A DNA stretch of 64,000 nt, from contig NC_042998.1 of the NCBI RefSeq assembly GCF_006345805.1, positions 101,804,001-101,868,000 of the forward strand, given 5' to 3'. Below are positions 38,000-51,620 of the stretch, in pieces. The first letter of the stretch is position 1. Every line of letters starts with the position of its first letter. The stretch comes from Octopus sinensis (Eukaryota). A program made the position numbers and the translations under genes. Below the pieces are notes generated by a model that ran no database searches, was not told where the DNA came from, and saw only the letters and a list, made by a program, of their open reading frames with translations.

Positions 38000-39830
38000 T
38001 GAGTTTTGTCGCGATGAGTTTTGTGATGTATTTGTTATCTTCGTTTAATTTTTGTGTTGACCCTGTTGTCCCTTGTACTGTTGGCTGTTTCTGTATCTTT
38101 TGTAGTGGTGGTATTGGCAGCATGGGTGTTGGTGTGTTTCTGTTTTCAGGTGATTTTCATTGCTATTTTGGTTACTGCATGTTTATTTGTTTGGAGTACT
38201 GTTGTGCTTTTTCTCTTTTATGTCTTTTATGTGTGACTTCTGTCCACTCAGTTCTGTCGGCCTCTCCGTACGACATGTCTGAGATGTCTTTGACGGAAAG
38301 GGGTAGTTCCAGTAGGTCGAAATTTGATGAGGTCATTTGTTCCTCTGACAAAAGCTGTGTTATTGTTTTTTAGGCGCTGTGTTGGTGGTTGTGGTTAGCG
38401 CCTCTGTTGTTGTTGGAGTTGTTGTCTCTCGTATAGTTGTTGTTGGTAGTGTTTTTGCTAAAGCCCTCTCTGCTTTCTTTCCTTCGGTTTTCTTCTCTTT
38501 TGGGGATTGCTTGTGTTGTCGCGGTTGCATCTGTAGCTGGAGATTGCTTCAGTTGTACTGGTGTGGGTGGTATTCGTATCCAGGAGGTATTGCTCGCCTT
38601 CTGTTTTAGTTGTTGGTAGAAGGTTTTCAGGTGGTTATTCTGTCCACATTGAATATATATCTTGGCATTCTGTCCTCAACTGTGACGTTTAGCATAGTGC
38701 GATATGGAAGGCTGGGCCAGGAATTTGTTCCAAAACGTCTTGGCTTATTTGGACAATTATTTGCAATTCCTGACCTGTCCAATTGTTTTTTTTTCTTGTT
38801 CCTCGACTTGGATGATTCTGATTTAATCTTCCAAGTCGTGAAGGACATCGGCGACAATCCAGCAAAAGTTCATTGCTGGTGGTATCTCCAGTATTTTTAT
38901 CTTGGCAACATGCCGTATGTTGGAACTAGGACAAGTTCACTGTTTCTCAGCTGGGCTGTTAAGCGGTTTTGCTACGTCCTTTGTAGCAAATCTAACTTAA
39001 ATTGTGCCATATTTCTTACACATCGCCAGATAAGTTTTGTCTTTCCATATGGGTTGTAAGCATTTTTCAACTGCTTGCTTTGTGGCAGTTTCTATATGTT
39101 TGTTATTTTAATGATATAGTTTTGTATTCTATGATGCGTTTGTTTGTTTTCTCTATCATATCTGCTGGTGCGTTTATTGAAACATATCTTTCGCTTTTTC
39201 GCTTTAAAATGTTTCCGTAATTGTTGTGTGATTCTACAGGAACATTTATAAATTCATTTCTTGGTTTTCCTGTTGAAGCAAAACATTGGCTGTTTAATAC
39301 ATTGGATTGTTGCTGTTGTTGTTTGGGTATTCAATGTGTTAGTGTTAGTGGTGGTAGTGGGAGGGCTTGTATTAACAGGTGTTGCGACCCGAGCAGTCTC
39401 CTTTACCTGAAATTCCTTGCTCTTTTCCTCTTCTTTCTAGTGTTTCTTTTACTCTTTTTCCTTCTGTAGCTCAGCGTTGCACGTACTAGCAAGACTTTGG
39501 GGCGTCCCTCTCTTTGCCTTTTAAGGCGCAGCGTGGGCGGAGACAATTCATTTTAAAACTTCTATGGCTGTCTTCCAACAACGAAGGGTGTCTGTCAGAA
39601 AGAAAGGAAGAGCTGACACGCTTCTCCAAGGACATTTTTACAAATTTTAAAATCGAAAAATGAAGAAAATGGAATTTTAAATTGAAAATTTGTCGCAAAA
39701 GAGGAAAAGCCCTGCATAAGGCTCTGCTCAGCAACAGCCCAGTCGGCCTGACCACAGAAATTTCGTAAACAATTTTCGGATACACCAATATTATCCCTAA
39801 ATCTTGCACAAAAACTTACAGCTAACGAGC
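38000..39830 (-). mobile_element. Decayed LINE 5' UTR plus ORF1 (L1/Tx1-type; RRM-like region and CCHC-like knuckle)
   Basis: Frame-broken minus-strand remnants that join into ..VEKCLQPIWKDKTYLAMCKKYG..VRFATKDVA..LRNSELVLVPTYGM..IPPAMNFCWIVADVL..IQCGQNNH, followed by a T/K-rich linker. Clade assignment is an inference. Confidence 0.5.
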
Positions 39831-39859
39831 GGAGTTCAATAATAAAGATAATAATGTTG

Positions 39860-39897
<38 letters not shown>

Positions 39898-39946
39898 GAA
39901 GATGATGATGATGATGACGATGATAATGATGATGATGATGATGATG

Positions 39947-40074
<128 letters not shown>

Positions 40075-40076
40075 TA

Positions 40077-42010
40077 CAACGATGTGTTACCAATGGAATA
40101 AAAATCTTGTAGGAGGAGATGCAGAGGTACCAAAGACCAATTATCGATAAAGAAAACGGTAATGCAAGATTGTAAACGAAGGAGGACAAATGTGGGAGTG
40201 ACCTGGATTGATTATCACAAAGCTTATGATACGATTCCATATTCGTGGATCATATGTTGCTTAGATTTGTTTGGAATTGCAAGAAATGTAACGTGTTTTC
40301 TGAAGAGAAGTATGTTAGAGTAGAAAACTGAAGAATCCTACGGGCAAGGTTTCGGCACCCTGGGCATCAGAGGAGGGATTTTCCAAGGCAGTAGCTTACC
40401 GATATTGGTTTTTGTCTTTTGCACGATCTCTGACGTTGGCGATTAGGAAAATGAACCTGGGATATCAACGAAAGGGAACATTTCAAACAATCAACCACCT
40501 TCTCTTCATGGATGATTTGAAGCTGTATGGCAAGGATGAGGGACGAAGGAGTTCTTTCATGAACACGGTCCAATGTCTTAGTGCTGATATTAGAATGGAA
40601 TTCGAACTCAAGAAGTGTGGTATAATATATTTGAAAAGTTGTAAGGAACAGTCCGTAGTAGGGATAGAATTACCAAATACATAACATATTAAAGTAAAAA
40701 GTAAAGCTACAAATACCTGGACATACTAGAGTTCAACAAAATCATGGAGAAGGAAATAAAAAGCAACTTAGGATGGAATATTTTTCGTAGACTACGATCG
40801 GCGTTGCGCTCAAAATTGACAGGATGGAATAAACTCCAAACAGTTAATACATGGGTGATAGCATCAGTTCGATATGGAGCTGGAATCATAAACTGGCAAA
40901 AGAAAGAACTGATGAACATGGAGACGGAGACAAGAAAAATATTGACAGTGCCCGGATCCTTCCACCCTAAGAGTGACATCGATTGGCTGTACTTGTCCAG
41001 AAGGAAGGGTGTGAGAGGTTTGATCAGTTGCAAGGATTGTATCAAAGCAAAGGAAAGTAACTTAGGGAGGTACGGGAAAAATATCGTGGAACCATTGTTG
41101 AAAAATGTGAAGACGTCTGGCATCATCAAAATTGATAATTGTGTAAAGAAAGAAAAACTTAAAGAAGGAAAGAACACAGGAAAAAAAATAGCAGAAACAG
41201 CAAGGAAAGAGAAAAATATGTACGGTCAATTTGCAAGAGTTTCGAACGCCAAGACAGATAGAGAAGACCGGTGGCTATGAATGAAAAGGAGTGACCACAA
41301 GATAGAGACGGAGGGACTATGCAACACAAGAACAAGCGTTAAGGACGAACTATGTGAAGTGCATAATCGACAACAATACCGACAGTCACAAATGCAGAAT
41401 ATGTGGCGAGAGGGGGGAAACGGTAAGGCACATCATAAATGAATGTCCGAAATTGGCACTACGCTTTTAGAAAAGACGACATGACAATGTAGCAACAATG
41501 ATCCATTGGGAGCTCTGTGGACATCACGGTCTACAAAGAGCCAAGATGTGATATAAGTAAACATCAGAAGGAGCCAACGAGAATGAAAATTGCAAAATCC
41601 TGTGGGATGCAATGATTCAGTGCGAACAACTGAGCAGACATCGGAAACCGTGCATTGTGTGGTGAAAAAAACAAAGAACTTGCATTATAATCAACATAAA
41701 ATGACGGGAAGATCAAAGAGAAAGAAGAAAAGCTGAGCAATGGTGGCGATTTGAAGTGAGAAATACGAAGGTTGTGGTGAATAGGGAAAGTAGACATGAT
41801 ACCAATAGTAATTGGCGCACTTGGATGTATCAGAACTCAACTGCCAACATGGCTCAAAAAGATTGGTACAAATGTAAAGATCGAACATTTTAAAAAATCT
41901 GCATTACTTGTAACTGCAAGTAAACATGTGTCACCTTAGTCTGCTGGCTGTGAACAGCTGAGACTTTCCGTCATACCCAGGTAAATAAGCTGATGGTTTT
42001 CATCAAGTAA
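40077..42010 (+). mobile_element. R4/Dong-type LINE, 5'-truncated (RT, zinc knuckle, RLE, 3' UTR), decayed
   Basis: [88 protein letters not shown]. Starts at a (TAA)n tract. Confidence 0.92.
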
Positions 42011-42047
42011 TAATATCAAAAATGATAATGATTTCAAATTTTGGCAC

Positions 42048-42245
42048 AAGGCTAGCGATTTTGTGGGGGTGGGGGCAGTGAAACGATAACTTCGACTCCA
42101 GGGTTCAACAGGTACTTATTTTATCGACGCCTAAAGGATGAAAGGCAAAGTCGACCTGGGCGGAATTTGAACTCAGAACGAAAAGACAGACGAGATGCCG
42201 TTAAGCATTTTGTTCAGCATTCGAACGATCCTGCCAGATCGCTGT
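42048..42245 (-). mobile_element. tRNA-derived SINE family A copy
   Basis: Reverse complement aligns to 15005-15213. Confidence 0.85.
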
Positions 42246-42248
42246 CTA

Positions 42249-42590
<342 letters not shown>

Positions 42591-42690
42591 TAATAATAAT
42601 AAAAATAATAATAATATATAATAATAATAATAATATATAATAATAATAATATAATAATAATAATAATAATAATATAATAATAATAATAAT

Positions 42691-43528
42691 ACTGGACTAA
42701 ACTAAACGCAAAAGAAATAGACAAAGAAAAATCCCAGCAATGGTTGAGAAGCTCAGGACTCAAGCAGAAACAGAGGGATTTTTAATTGCAGCACAAGACC
42801 AAAGCCTCCCCACCAGAAATTACCAAAAACATGTAATGAAAAGAAATATTACAAGTAACTGCAGAATATGTGGAGATGGACAAGAAACAATAAATCATAT
42901 TATCTCTAGCTGCCCAGTCCTGGCTAAGAAGGAATATATTCACAGACATGACAGAGTTGGAACTTACATACATTGGAAGCTATGCCAACATTATGGAATA
43001 ACAACAGAAAAAAGATGGTATAGGCACACACCAGAAAAGGTCACAGAAAATGAGAAAGCAACCATACTCTGGGATATGCCGATACACACAGATAGAGAAA
43101 TTAAGGCCAACAGACCAGATATAGTTGTCAGAGACCATGAAGAAAAAAAATGCTTTCTAATTGATGTATCAGTACCGGCAGATGACAACGTGTCTCTAAA
43201 AGAAATGGAGAAACTCTCAAAATACAAAGACCTGGAATAGAGGTAACTAGAATGTGGAATCTGAAAACAGAAACAATTCCTATCATAGTAGGTGCATTAG
43301 GCATGATAAAAAAATATTCAGACAAATACATAACAAAAACACCAGGACTTACAAACACATATAACATACAGAAAATTGCACTACTAGGCACTGCACACAT
43401 CCTACGCAGAACACTTTCCATACAATAACCATCAGAGCATCACAACAAATCACAGCACATACCCAAGGCACACAGAGCTGCGCTCGGTAGTGAAGTGAAA
43501 GCACGCTATAAAAATTAAAATAAAACTA

Positions 43529-43533
<5 letters not shown>
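42691..43533 (+). mobile_element. Young R4/Dong-type LINE 3' 840 bp (CCHC knuckle plus RLE), 5'-truncated
   Basis: ORF 42740-43240: AAQDQSLPTRNY..CRICGDGQETINHIISSC..RHDRVG..LWDMPIHTDREIKANRPDIVV..CFLIDVSVP..EKLSKYKDLE. After a 1-nt slip it continues ..LLGTAHILRRTLSIQ*. Confidence 0.95.
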
Positions 43534-43592
<59 letters not shown>

Positions 43593-43619
43593 TAATAACA
43601 ATAACAACAGTAATAAAAA

Positions 43620-43958
43620 TCGACATAGCATGCCCCGCTGACAACGAGATCAATGCGAAAGAAGAAGAAATAAACAACTATGACGATTTAAAGTAGAAAA
43701 CACGAAGGTTGTTGTCAATGAAAAGGGTGGGCGTGATAGCAATAGTAATTGGAGCACTTCTGCACTTAACAACTACCGACATGGCTGAAAAAGATTGGTA
43801 CAAGTGAACACCTACAAAAATCATCATTGCATGGAATTACAATAATTCGTCGCAGAGTTCTTGAAGCATGAATAGTAAAATAAGTGACACCTTAGTTTGC
43901 TGGCTGTGGATAGCTGACACTTTCCATCATACCCAGCAATATAAACTGAGTTTTAATA
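43620..43958 (+). mobile_element. Older R4/Dong 3' end (subfamily of 40077-42010)
   Basis: Shares the 3' UTR caccttagt(c/t)tgctggctgtg..agctga.actttcc.tcatacccag with 41935-41980. Confidence 0.75.
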
Positions 43959-44047
43959 CAATAATTATAATAATAAAAATAATAATAGTAATAACAACAA
44001 CAACAACAATAATGGAACACTACAATTTTCATACTGTGCAACGGCTA

Positions 44048-44107
<60 letters not shown>

Positions 44108-44124
44108 CAGTAGTAGTAGTAGTA

Positions 44125-44174
<50 letters not shown>

Positions 44175-44175
<1 letters not shown>

Positions 44176-44620
44176 GTGTTATCATGTACATTGTTTTGTC
44201 TTGGTATAAAAGATGGGCTACAGCAAATATTCTGCTCAATACCACAGATTTGCTTGTCAGTTGTTTGACTTTAACCAGTTGAGCATGTCCCTTGGTGGCC
44301 ATGTGTTGAGAGGGATTCTTTGGGGTTTGAATAGTTCACCTCTGGAAACATGGGTGGTTCTTTCAACATCCTTAAACAGCCCTTATTCAGGGACCTTTTG
44401 AGCGGGATGGGCTACTCAACCTGAAGAAAATTCTAACTGGGCCCCACCTGCAAGGTCATGTGCTGTTTATCTTGATATGAGATCACCATGTCGCGCACAT
44501 ATGGTTGTGATGCATGTGCCTGGTGTACCCTTATCAGACGGGTAGTCATGATGGGTATACTGGGCTTCGTATATTTTACCCCTGTGTCACTTTGATGGCA
44601 TGAACTGCTCTCTCACTCAA
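44175..44620 (-). mobile_element. (TAA)n-associated dispersed repeat, inverted copy
   Basis: Reverse complement of the 3053/14294 family, with an internal deletion. TAA tracts on both sides. Confidence 0.85.
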
Positions 44621-46559
44621 TAATAATAATAATAATAATCATTAACTGATTGTCTATTAGGCGTGTCGATCTAGAAGACCATGTAATTATCGTTTCGTCA
44701 ATCTACTTTAGTTCTCGCAGAATTTTTACCAATTTATCTGATTCAGAGCTAGATTTTTCTCCATGTCTATAGTTGACAAGCACAGAAGATCATATCAAGA
44801 AATTTGTTATTGGTTTCAATAAGGCAGTCAATATCGAGTGTCTGTTAGATTCTTGATATAGCATATCAAGTTAATACAGGTTTAAACTTAACTAGATGAT
44901 ATAGGGAACTTTATATCAGGTCACAATAAACAGTATTGCACCATACTCCGTATATGCTGGTGTTACAGGGTTGCTATTATGCAGTGAAAATAGGGTCTCA
45001 GTTAGTCTCCTTTATTTAGGAACATAGACAGTTTGTAGCGGTTTCCCTTGGAACATTTGTTTAGGCTTCCAGTTAGCCTTTCAGTATAGATTATCGTCTC
45101 GGGTAACAATCATTGGGTTGACTGTTAAATTAGAGAACTTTAATTAAGATTAAATTTCTGTTTCAGACCCTTTTTTGTTTTCATTTGGAGGGACTGGAAA
45201 ATGTAGAACACAAGCGCTGATGGTTCTGGTAAATGTAGACCAAGAATATTGACCATTCTAAGCCGACATTCATGCTCCACATGCCTTTGATGATTGGTTC
45301 TACATTTATGCAGACACCACATTGTAAAATCCTCATTAACTATCAACCATTGATAATATATGTGACCGAAGTGTGGATACATTGAGATAAAAATATTCAA
45401 TTATTGACGCTAAAGTTGGCCACACGCCAGCCATTTTGATTAACAGCATGTGAGAACGAGTATATTCTTTTTTATTTTGAACATTTTTCTTTGTTAACAC
45501 CTTCCATTCTTTATACGTATACACAAATTCACATATAGTTGATAAAAGCACACACACATAATAACATAAAGATAACCCCTGCGATTTTGCTAGCCATTAA
45601 TACATAAAGTTATAACTACTCACACGTATCTGATCTTTGTGTATTAATCTATATTTCATTCTCTATTACTGCTTTTCACTACATGGAAATTAGACACACA
45701 AAGATACGCTCTCACATTTATGTAGAAGCACATATACATACATATATGTATCTCGTCATTTTTTCGGAAACACTCTCACACATATCTACACAAATATATA
45801 CACAGGCACCCAATATTTATTCAGTTGCTTTCTTTTTTTCTTTGTTTCTGTCTGTCTGTCTGTCTCTCTCTTTCTCTAAACAATCGAATAATTGGAAAGA
45901 GAGTCACAAAAAATAAAAGAAAATCGACCGAGCTATAAAAGTGTTAAACATAATTACAACATGCTTAATTATTAAACGAATTTATTTTTGAAGTTGTGAG
46001 TATAATGATTCTCAGTAAATTATCAATCAAAAATGTCAGATGAATAAGTCAAATTTTGGGGAAATTAGTGTGCGTAAAGAGTTTGAATGTTAAATGAGGT
46101 GTTAATCATTAACTGATTGTCTATTAGACATGTAGATTTATATGACCACGTAACTGTTATCATGCCAATCTATTTTGGCTCTCGCAAAAAAATAGATTTA
46201 TCTCATTCAGAGTTGGATTTTTCTATTTGTCTGTAGGTGATGGGAAGAGAGGATCAGATAAATTGTTCCGTTTACTGAACGCAAATCACACTGGGATTCT
46301 GGCAGGATGCCATCTGCAAAGGTTTCACTCTGTTTAGGATTATCTTGGCTAGAATTGATGGAAAGTAAGGACATACCATGATAATCGCCACATATGTTGC
46401 AATCGCATTTCTTAAATATTGTGACAATTTGTCCATCTTTTAGTTCATTTGGGACGTGCTTGGCTTCCCATATTCATGGGACCCATGAGTGCAGGTGGGT
46501 CTACCGTGTAGCAGGAGCACAGCAGGAATTTTCCCTCGGCCTGCAGCTTTTACGTGGTG

Positions 46560-47925
46560 CATAAAATTCATAGTAGGCGAGTGTAATAGACATCTAGATT
46601 TGAGTGGAGTAATGTGGAACATTTCTTAGGTATTGTGGAAATGTTTAGATCCTTTGTTGCAATGATTGGAGGAATGAATGAAAGCATGAAGGCACGTGTT
46701 ATCCACAAAACTAACACCTCAGAAGAATTCCCAACCATGCGTGGTCTGAACATGCACAGTCTCTCCTAACGAGCACGCACGCACTTCCCACTTTACTTTG
46801 TTACCATGCTTCATGAAGTTTCCCATAACAACCTAGGCGTAGAAATCAGGTACCGCTTTGATGGAGGGCTGTCTGATCTCTTAAGACTCTGCTGTCACTG
46901 TCAAACTAACACCATCAAATGTAAATGAAATGCAGTATGCAGAAAACAACGCTGTTCCTGTCCGTCAAATTGAGGCTATGCAACAATCTGTCGACAATTT
47001 CTGCATGACATATTCCCAAAGTGGCCTAACAGTTAACAAAGGCAAAACCGAAGTTAGTGTACAACCATCACCTGGATATGACTCGAAAAAATTGAACATC
47101 ACTATCAGCGGAAGCACCACTGAATGTACAAAAGTTTCCCTTATCTTCGTAGCATCCTGTCTGTCCACTGTACATCAACAAAAGGTGTAGAAAACAGGAC
47201 CAAGCAGCACATTCTGCTTTTAAGAAATTCTCCATCAGACTCTTTAGACGTAGTAGTCTTACTATGCAAACCAAAATGGTGGTGTACATTGTCATAGTTT
47301 TGTCTACTCGGCTGCATAGTAATGAGACGTAAACACTGTACCATCATGAATTGAAAAAGCTTGAAAAATTCCATGAAAAGAAACTCCGGTCTGTCTTGAA
47401 CATGGAAAGGGAAGACTATGTTACCAACATTGACGTTCAAACCAAAGTGATACAAATGAGCATGGCAGCCACAGTCATCATGCTCTACCTCAGATGGACA
47501 GGCCGCGTGTGTCACAAGGGGAAAAACAGGCTTCCAAAGATATTCCTATTTGGGAAACTGAATAATTGGAGACACCCTCGGGGACGTTCCCTGAGAAGCT
47601 ACAAGGATCAATTGCTTTGGAGGAAACTCTAAAGAGTACTGCTATAAACCAAAATTCATGGGAAATGACAGTCAATCAACGCACTGTTTGACGTAATTTG
47701 ACCGAAGCAGAAATATCTCATTTTGAAGAAAACCGAAGAACGGATATCAAAATGAAACAAACAAACCAACAGCAACCAGCACCTACAATCCCGTGCGAGC
47801 AATAATTGGGTATATTAGCCATCAGAAAGGCCATCATCCGTAATAGTACAAAAGACGCCACCGCCACTTTGAAATGAAATGTACTAAACACTCAGAAATG
47901 AGCCATTGCTGACTACGACGATAAG
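46560..47925 (+). mobile_element. Decayed RTE-clade LINE 3' half
   Basis: IRYRFDGGL, MQYAENN (cf. LQYADD), GLTVNKGKTEV, KKLEKFHEKKLRSVL, LRWTGRV, RPRGRSLRSYKDQL. Confidence 0.8.
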
Positions 47926-48014
47926 TCCATTAATTGTGTCGGTGCTAAGTTTACAAAGGAGTTGAGAAAAGATATAATTTATATTGCTCAAATCTACGTC
48001 TTAATATGTAGTGA

Positions 48015-48155
48015 GGGACCACCGAAGTCGATTTTGCTTTTCTTTTTTTTTTCAAGGTCATTAAAATAAGTACTGGTTGAGTTCTGGGGTCCATATAATA
48101 AACTTATTCCCTCCCCCGAAATGGCTGACCTCGTGCAAAAATTTGAAACAAATAT
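48015..48155 (+). mobile_element. Decayed tRNA-SINE family A copy
   Basis: gaagtcgattttgcttt...aataagtactggttgagttctggggtc...aatttgaaac. Confidence 0.6.
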
Positions 48156-48677
48156 TTATTGATGGAACTGGTAAAATGCAAGACGTGAAAAATATGTTGC
48201 TCAAACTTTCATGAATCCAGGTCTTATTCTTAGTCCTTAATTCGTCCTGTTTCTTGTGAAATATAGGGTGAAGAGAAAAGTACAGATTGCACCATGCATA
48301 AGCCTGTATGAGGTCAATACATACCAGATCCTTTTCTAGAATTTTGAATTACGAAGAATACTGTAGAAAGCCATGCAGAAATGCACCAGGTTTGGCTTAC
48401 CCTAGGAGCGAGATTATCACAGGTCTACTCAGCTTTTTACATGTCTTTACTTATTTTCACTCCAAAGATATTCTCCCCGGTTTCTTCGTGGGTGGAAAAA
48501 TAAATTTTATTAAGATTTGTTTGAGACGATTAAATCGACTTAAATTTACCACAATTTTTTCTACACTATTCCAGTTTCATAGTATTTACTTATATTTAGA
48601 ATTCAATATAGCCTAACAGCTGGCTGCAAAACCTGCAAACCCCCAAAATATCCTCCATCAATCTCTTCTACCACAAT

Positions 48678-49157
48678 GTGATGGTGTCAAGCCTATCTGG
48701 TGACGTTGATGATCGCCTGGGGCTACATGCATCAGTAACACCCCCACCGCCCTGCCCTGTCCCTAGCCACATTCAAATGGCTAATGTCCCTTTTGTTATG
48801 GAGCAGTTACTGTCTATATCACGTTTAGAGAATTATTATTGCTGTCGAACAGATTTTCGAAATCAGTAAATGTATTTACGTGAAAATCTATATATAAATA
48901 TCCTGCACAGAGAGTCGTTCGTCGAGGGGCGGTGCCTACCATACGTTGACGAGAGGCAAACACCTTGAAACCTGGGTCCGTATGTGGCATCCGCTTCTTC
49001 GAGGAATGATCTCCCTTTGCAGGATAGAGGACACCGTGATGGTGTCAAGCCTATCTGGCGACGTTGATGATCGCCTGGGGCTAAATGCATCAGTAACACC
49101 CCCACCGCCCTGCCCTGTCCCTAGCCACATTCAAATGGCTAATGTCCCTTTTGTTAT
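48678..49157 (+). mobile_element. Retrozyme-like/PLE-derived unit: two 122-bp direct repeats (period 358 bp) around a hammerhead-containing hairpin
   Basis: 48678-48799 and 49036-49157 differ at 2 positions. The right end runs into (TA)n. Confidence 0.75.
48940..48984 (+). ncRNA. Minimal type I hammerhead ribozyme motif (C3U variant)
   Basis: CATACG-TTGACGA-GAGG-caaaca-CCTT-GAA-ACCTGGGT-C-CGTATG. GUC site with predicted cut after 48978. Stem I extends imperfectly over 48902-49023. Confidence 0.65.
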
Positions 49158-49163
49158 ATATAT

Positions 49164-49252
<89 letters not shown>

Positions 49253-49322
49253 GTATGTATATATGTATGTATGTAAGTTTGTATGTATGTATGTATGTAT
49301 ATATGTATGTATGTATGAATTA

Positions 49323-50062
49323 TATATAACTAGGGCACTTCTTTTAAAGACACTGGCTTTGCTAAATATAGGAGTTAAAACATCCCCCAAGCCAGAAAAG
49401 TAAACATATTTACACGTGCATGGCTGGTAAAACATTAAGTGAAATAAGGATTGCGTCTTACCTCTGCAAAACTGGAAGAAGGAATGCTAGTTAACTTGAT
49501 ATCATGATTTCCATTTTAGCACCAATAACACACTCTATTCTCTTAAGTCAAATTTACTATTACACAAACACTTATTTATCACTTCAGCTAATGTTCGTTT
49601 CAGTGCCCTAGCCGCACTGAAGAAAAAATGAAATTAAGTGAATACAAATCTATAAAAATAAATAACGTTAAAACTCATGAGAGATATTAATGTTAGTGGC
49701 TGCAATATAACGCCGTATAGGCAAAATTAATAGATATATATCTTTAAAAGAATATCAAATATAACAAAGGCACTTTATTTTGAAAACACACTAGCTTTGC
49801 TAAATAGAGGAGTTAAAACACCCCCAAGCCTGAAAAGTTAACATTATATTTGCACGTGCATGGATGGAAAAAATTAAGTGAAATAAGGATTGCGTCTTAC
49901 CTCTCAAAAAATACAGAGGTAAAACGCAATCCTTATTTCACTTTAATGTTTTTGCACCCACACTAGTGTAAATAAAATGTTAATTTTGTGGCTTTGGAGT
50001 GTTTTTACTCCTATATTTAGCAAAGCTCTTGTAATTTAAAAAGAAGCGCCCTTGTTATATAT
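49323..50062. repeat. Three copies of a ~145-bp unit: direct (49323-49465), direct (49759-49904), inverted (49915-50062)
   Basis: Shared gctttgctaaata(t/g)aggagt and aagtgaaataaggattgcgt..tacctct. The last two copies form a ~300-bp foldback with a 10-nt loop. Confidence 0.85.
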
Positions 50063-50298
50063 AATTCTTTTTTACATACATGCATGCCTACATATATGTG
50101 TGTGTGTGTGTGTATACATACACATACAAATATATATGTGCATGCGTAGAGGGTATCAATGTTTGTTTTTATGAGAAATCTCACGTTAATCTGAGGCAGT
50201 ACTCAATACATTTTAGTTGTCGAAATAGATATACTTTTCGAGGAAAAGAGTGACAGTGACTTCGAAGTTTATTGCATACAGCTGCACACACACGCGCA

Positions 50299-50330
<32 letters not shown>

Positions 50331-50768
50331 TTCACACACACAAGCAAAACACATAAATCAAGAATTTCGTCTTTCTCAAATGGATGAATGTGTTTTTTCG
50401 GCACAACGTACCTATTATTGGTTGAATCAATACAGAATCTAACCGCCTGCTGACATGTTAATGGGTCACAATCTTCTCGGTTACAGGGTGTTGTAATAAT
50501 TAGCAAGAAAATTCAGTTTCCTTTATACATTTCAAATCACTATAAGTAGACACATAAGACTAAACAAAGCAGCATGGATATGAGGACCGAAAAGCAAATA
50601 AGAATACAATTCCTGACAAGTTGTGATGCTTTTCATACAAAGGGTGAGAAAATAAATCTTTGACTCATTATTTAAATTCAAATGCATGGGAACGGATGGC
50701 TATTCATTGTCTTTTCGAAAAAGGACCTGTATTCATGACGTGCACATACACGCAAACACATACACACA

Positions 50769-50840
<72 letters not shown>

Positions 50841-51340
50841 AACACACAAACACACAAACACATACACACACACACACACGCATACACACATATGCACACA
50901 CGCACACATGCACGCACATAGGACACACTCAGACACACAAACACAAACACGTATAAACTTTTTAGCTGTTAAATTGAATGCTGTGAGCGTGATTATGAAG
51001 TTTGTTGCATTCATGAAGGATTACGCTGTCAAAGATATACAGTATATAATTATGGTATTGAAAAAGACAGTTCGCAACATTAAGTAGAATTGTACCAGTG
51101 TAACTGAGATACAGAACAATGTCTGCATTATTGTGAATAATTCATCATATATACAGTTGATGTTTACACCTAAGTATATTGTTATGTTGTAATATTGGCT
51201 GCATATGGCAAAATCTTATATAGAGTGAGCGCTGAATATGTGATAAGCCTGTCAATGAATAAGCATTTAAGTATAAAAAACACTTGCTGCCTATTATCTA
51301 TTATTTATGGTAACGAAATATCTAATATCTGAATATATAT

Positions 51341-51390
<50 letters not shown>

Positions 51391-51404
51391 GATATTAATA
51401 TATA

Positions 51405-51440
<36 letters not shown>

Positions 51441-51620
51441 GATCTTAAATATATATATTTATATATATATATATAATATATATATATTACGGAGATGTAC
51501 TTGTATAGCAAGTGATTTGATCTGAGATCGTGTGCTGGAACGAAAACAATTGCAGCGTGTTTGTAAGCCATTCAAGAAACACACAAAAGCCGTTCGATTC
51601 ACTTCAACATTTAAGTTTAA

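Noticed and set aside
50213-50506. Cys-containing ORF (..CDPLTCQQAVRFCIDSTNNR|gtacgt) as an exon
   Set aside because: A donor-like site is present but there is no credible acceptor, no known domain, and the ORF runs into microsatellite.
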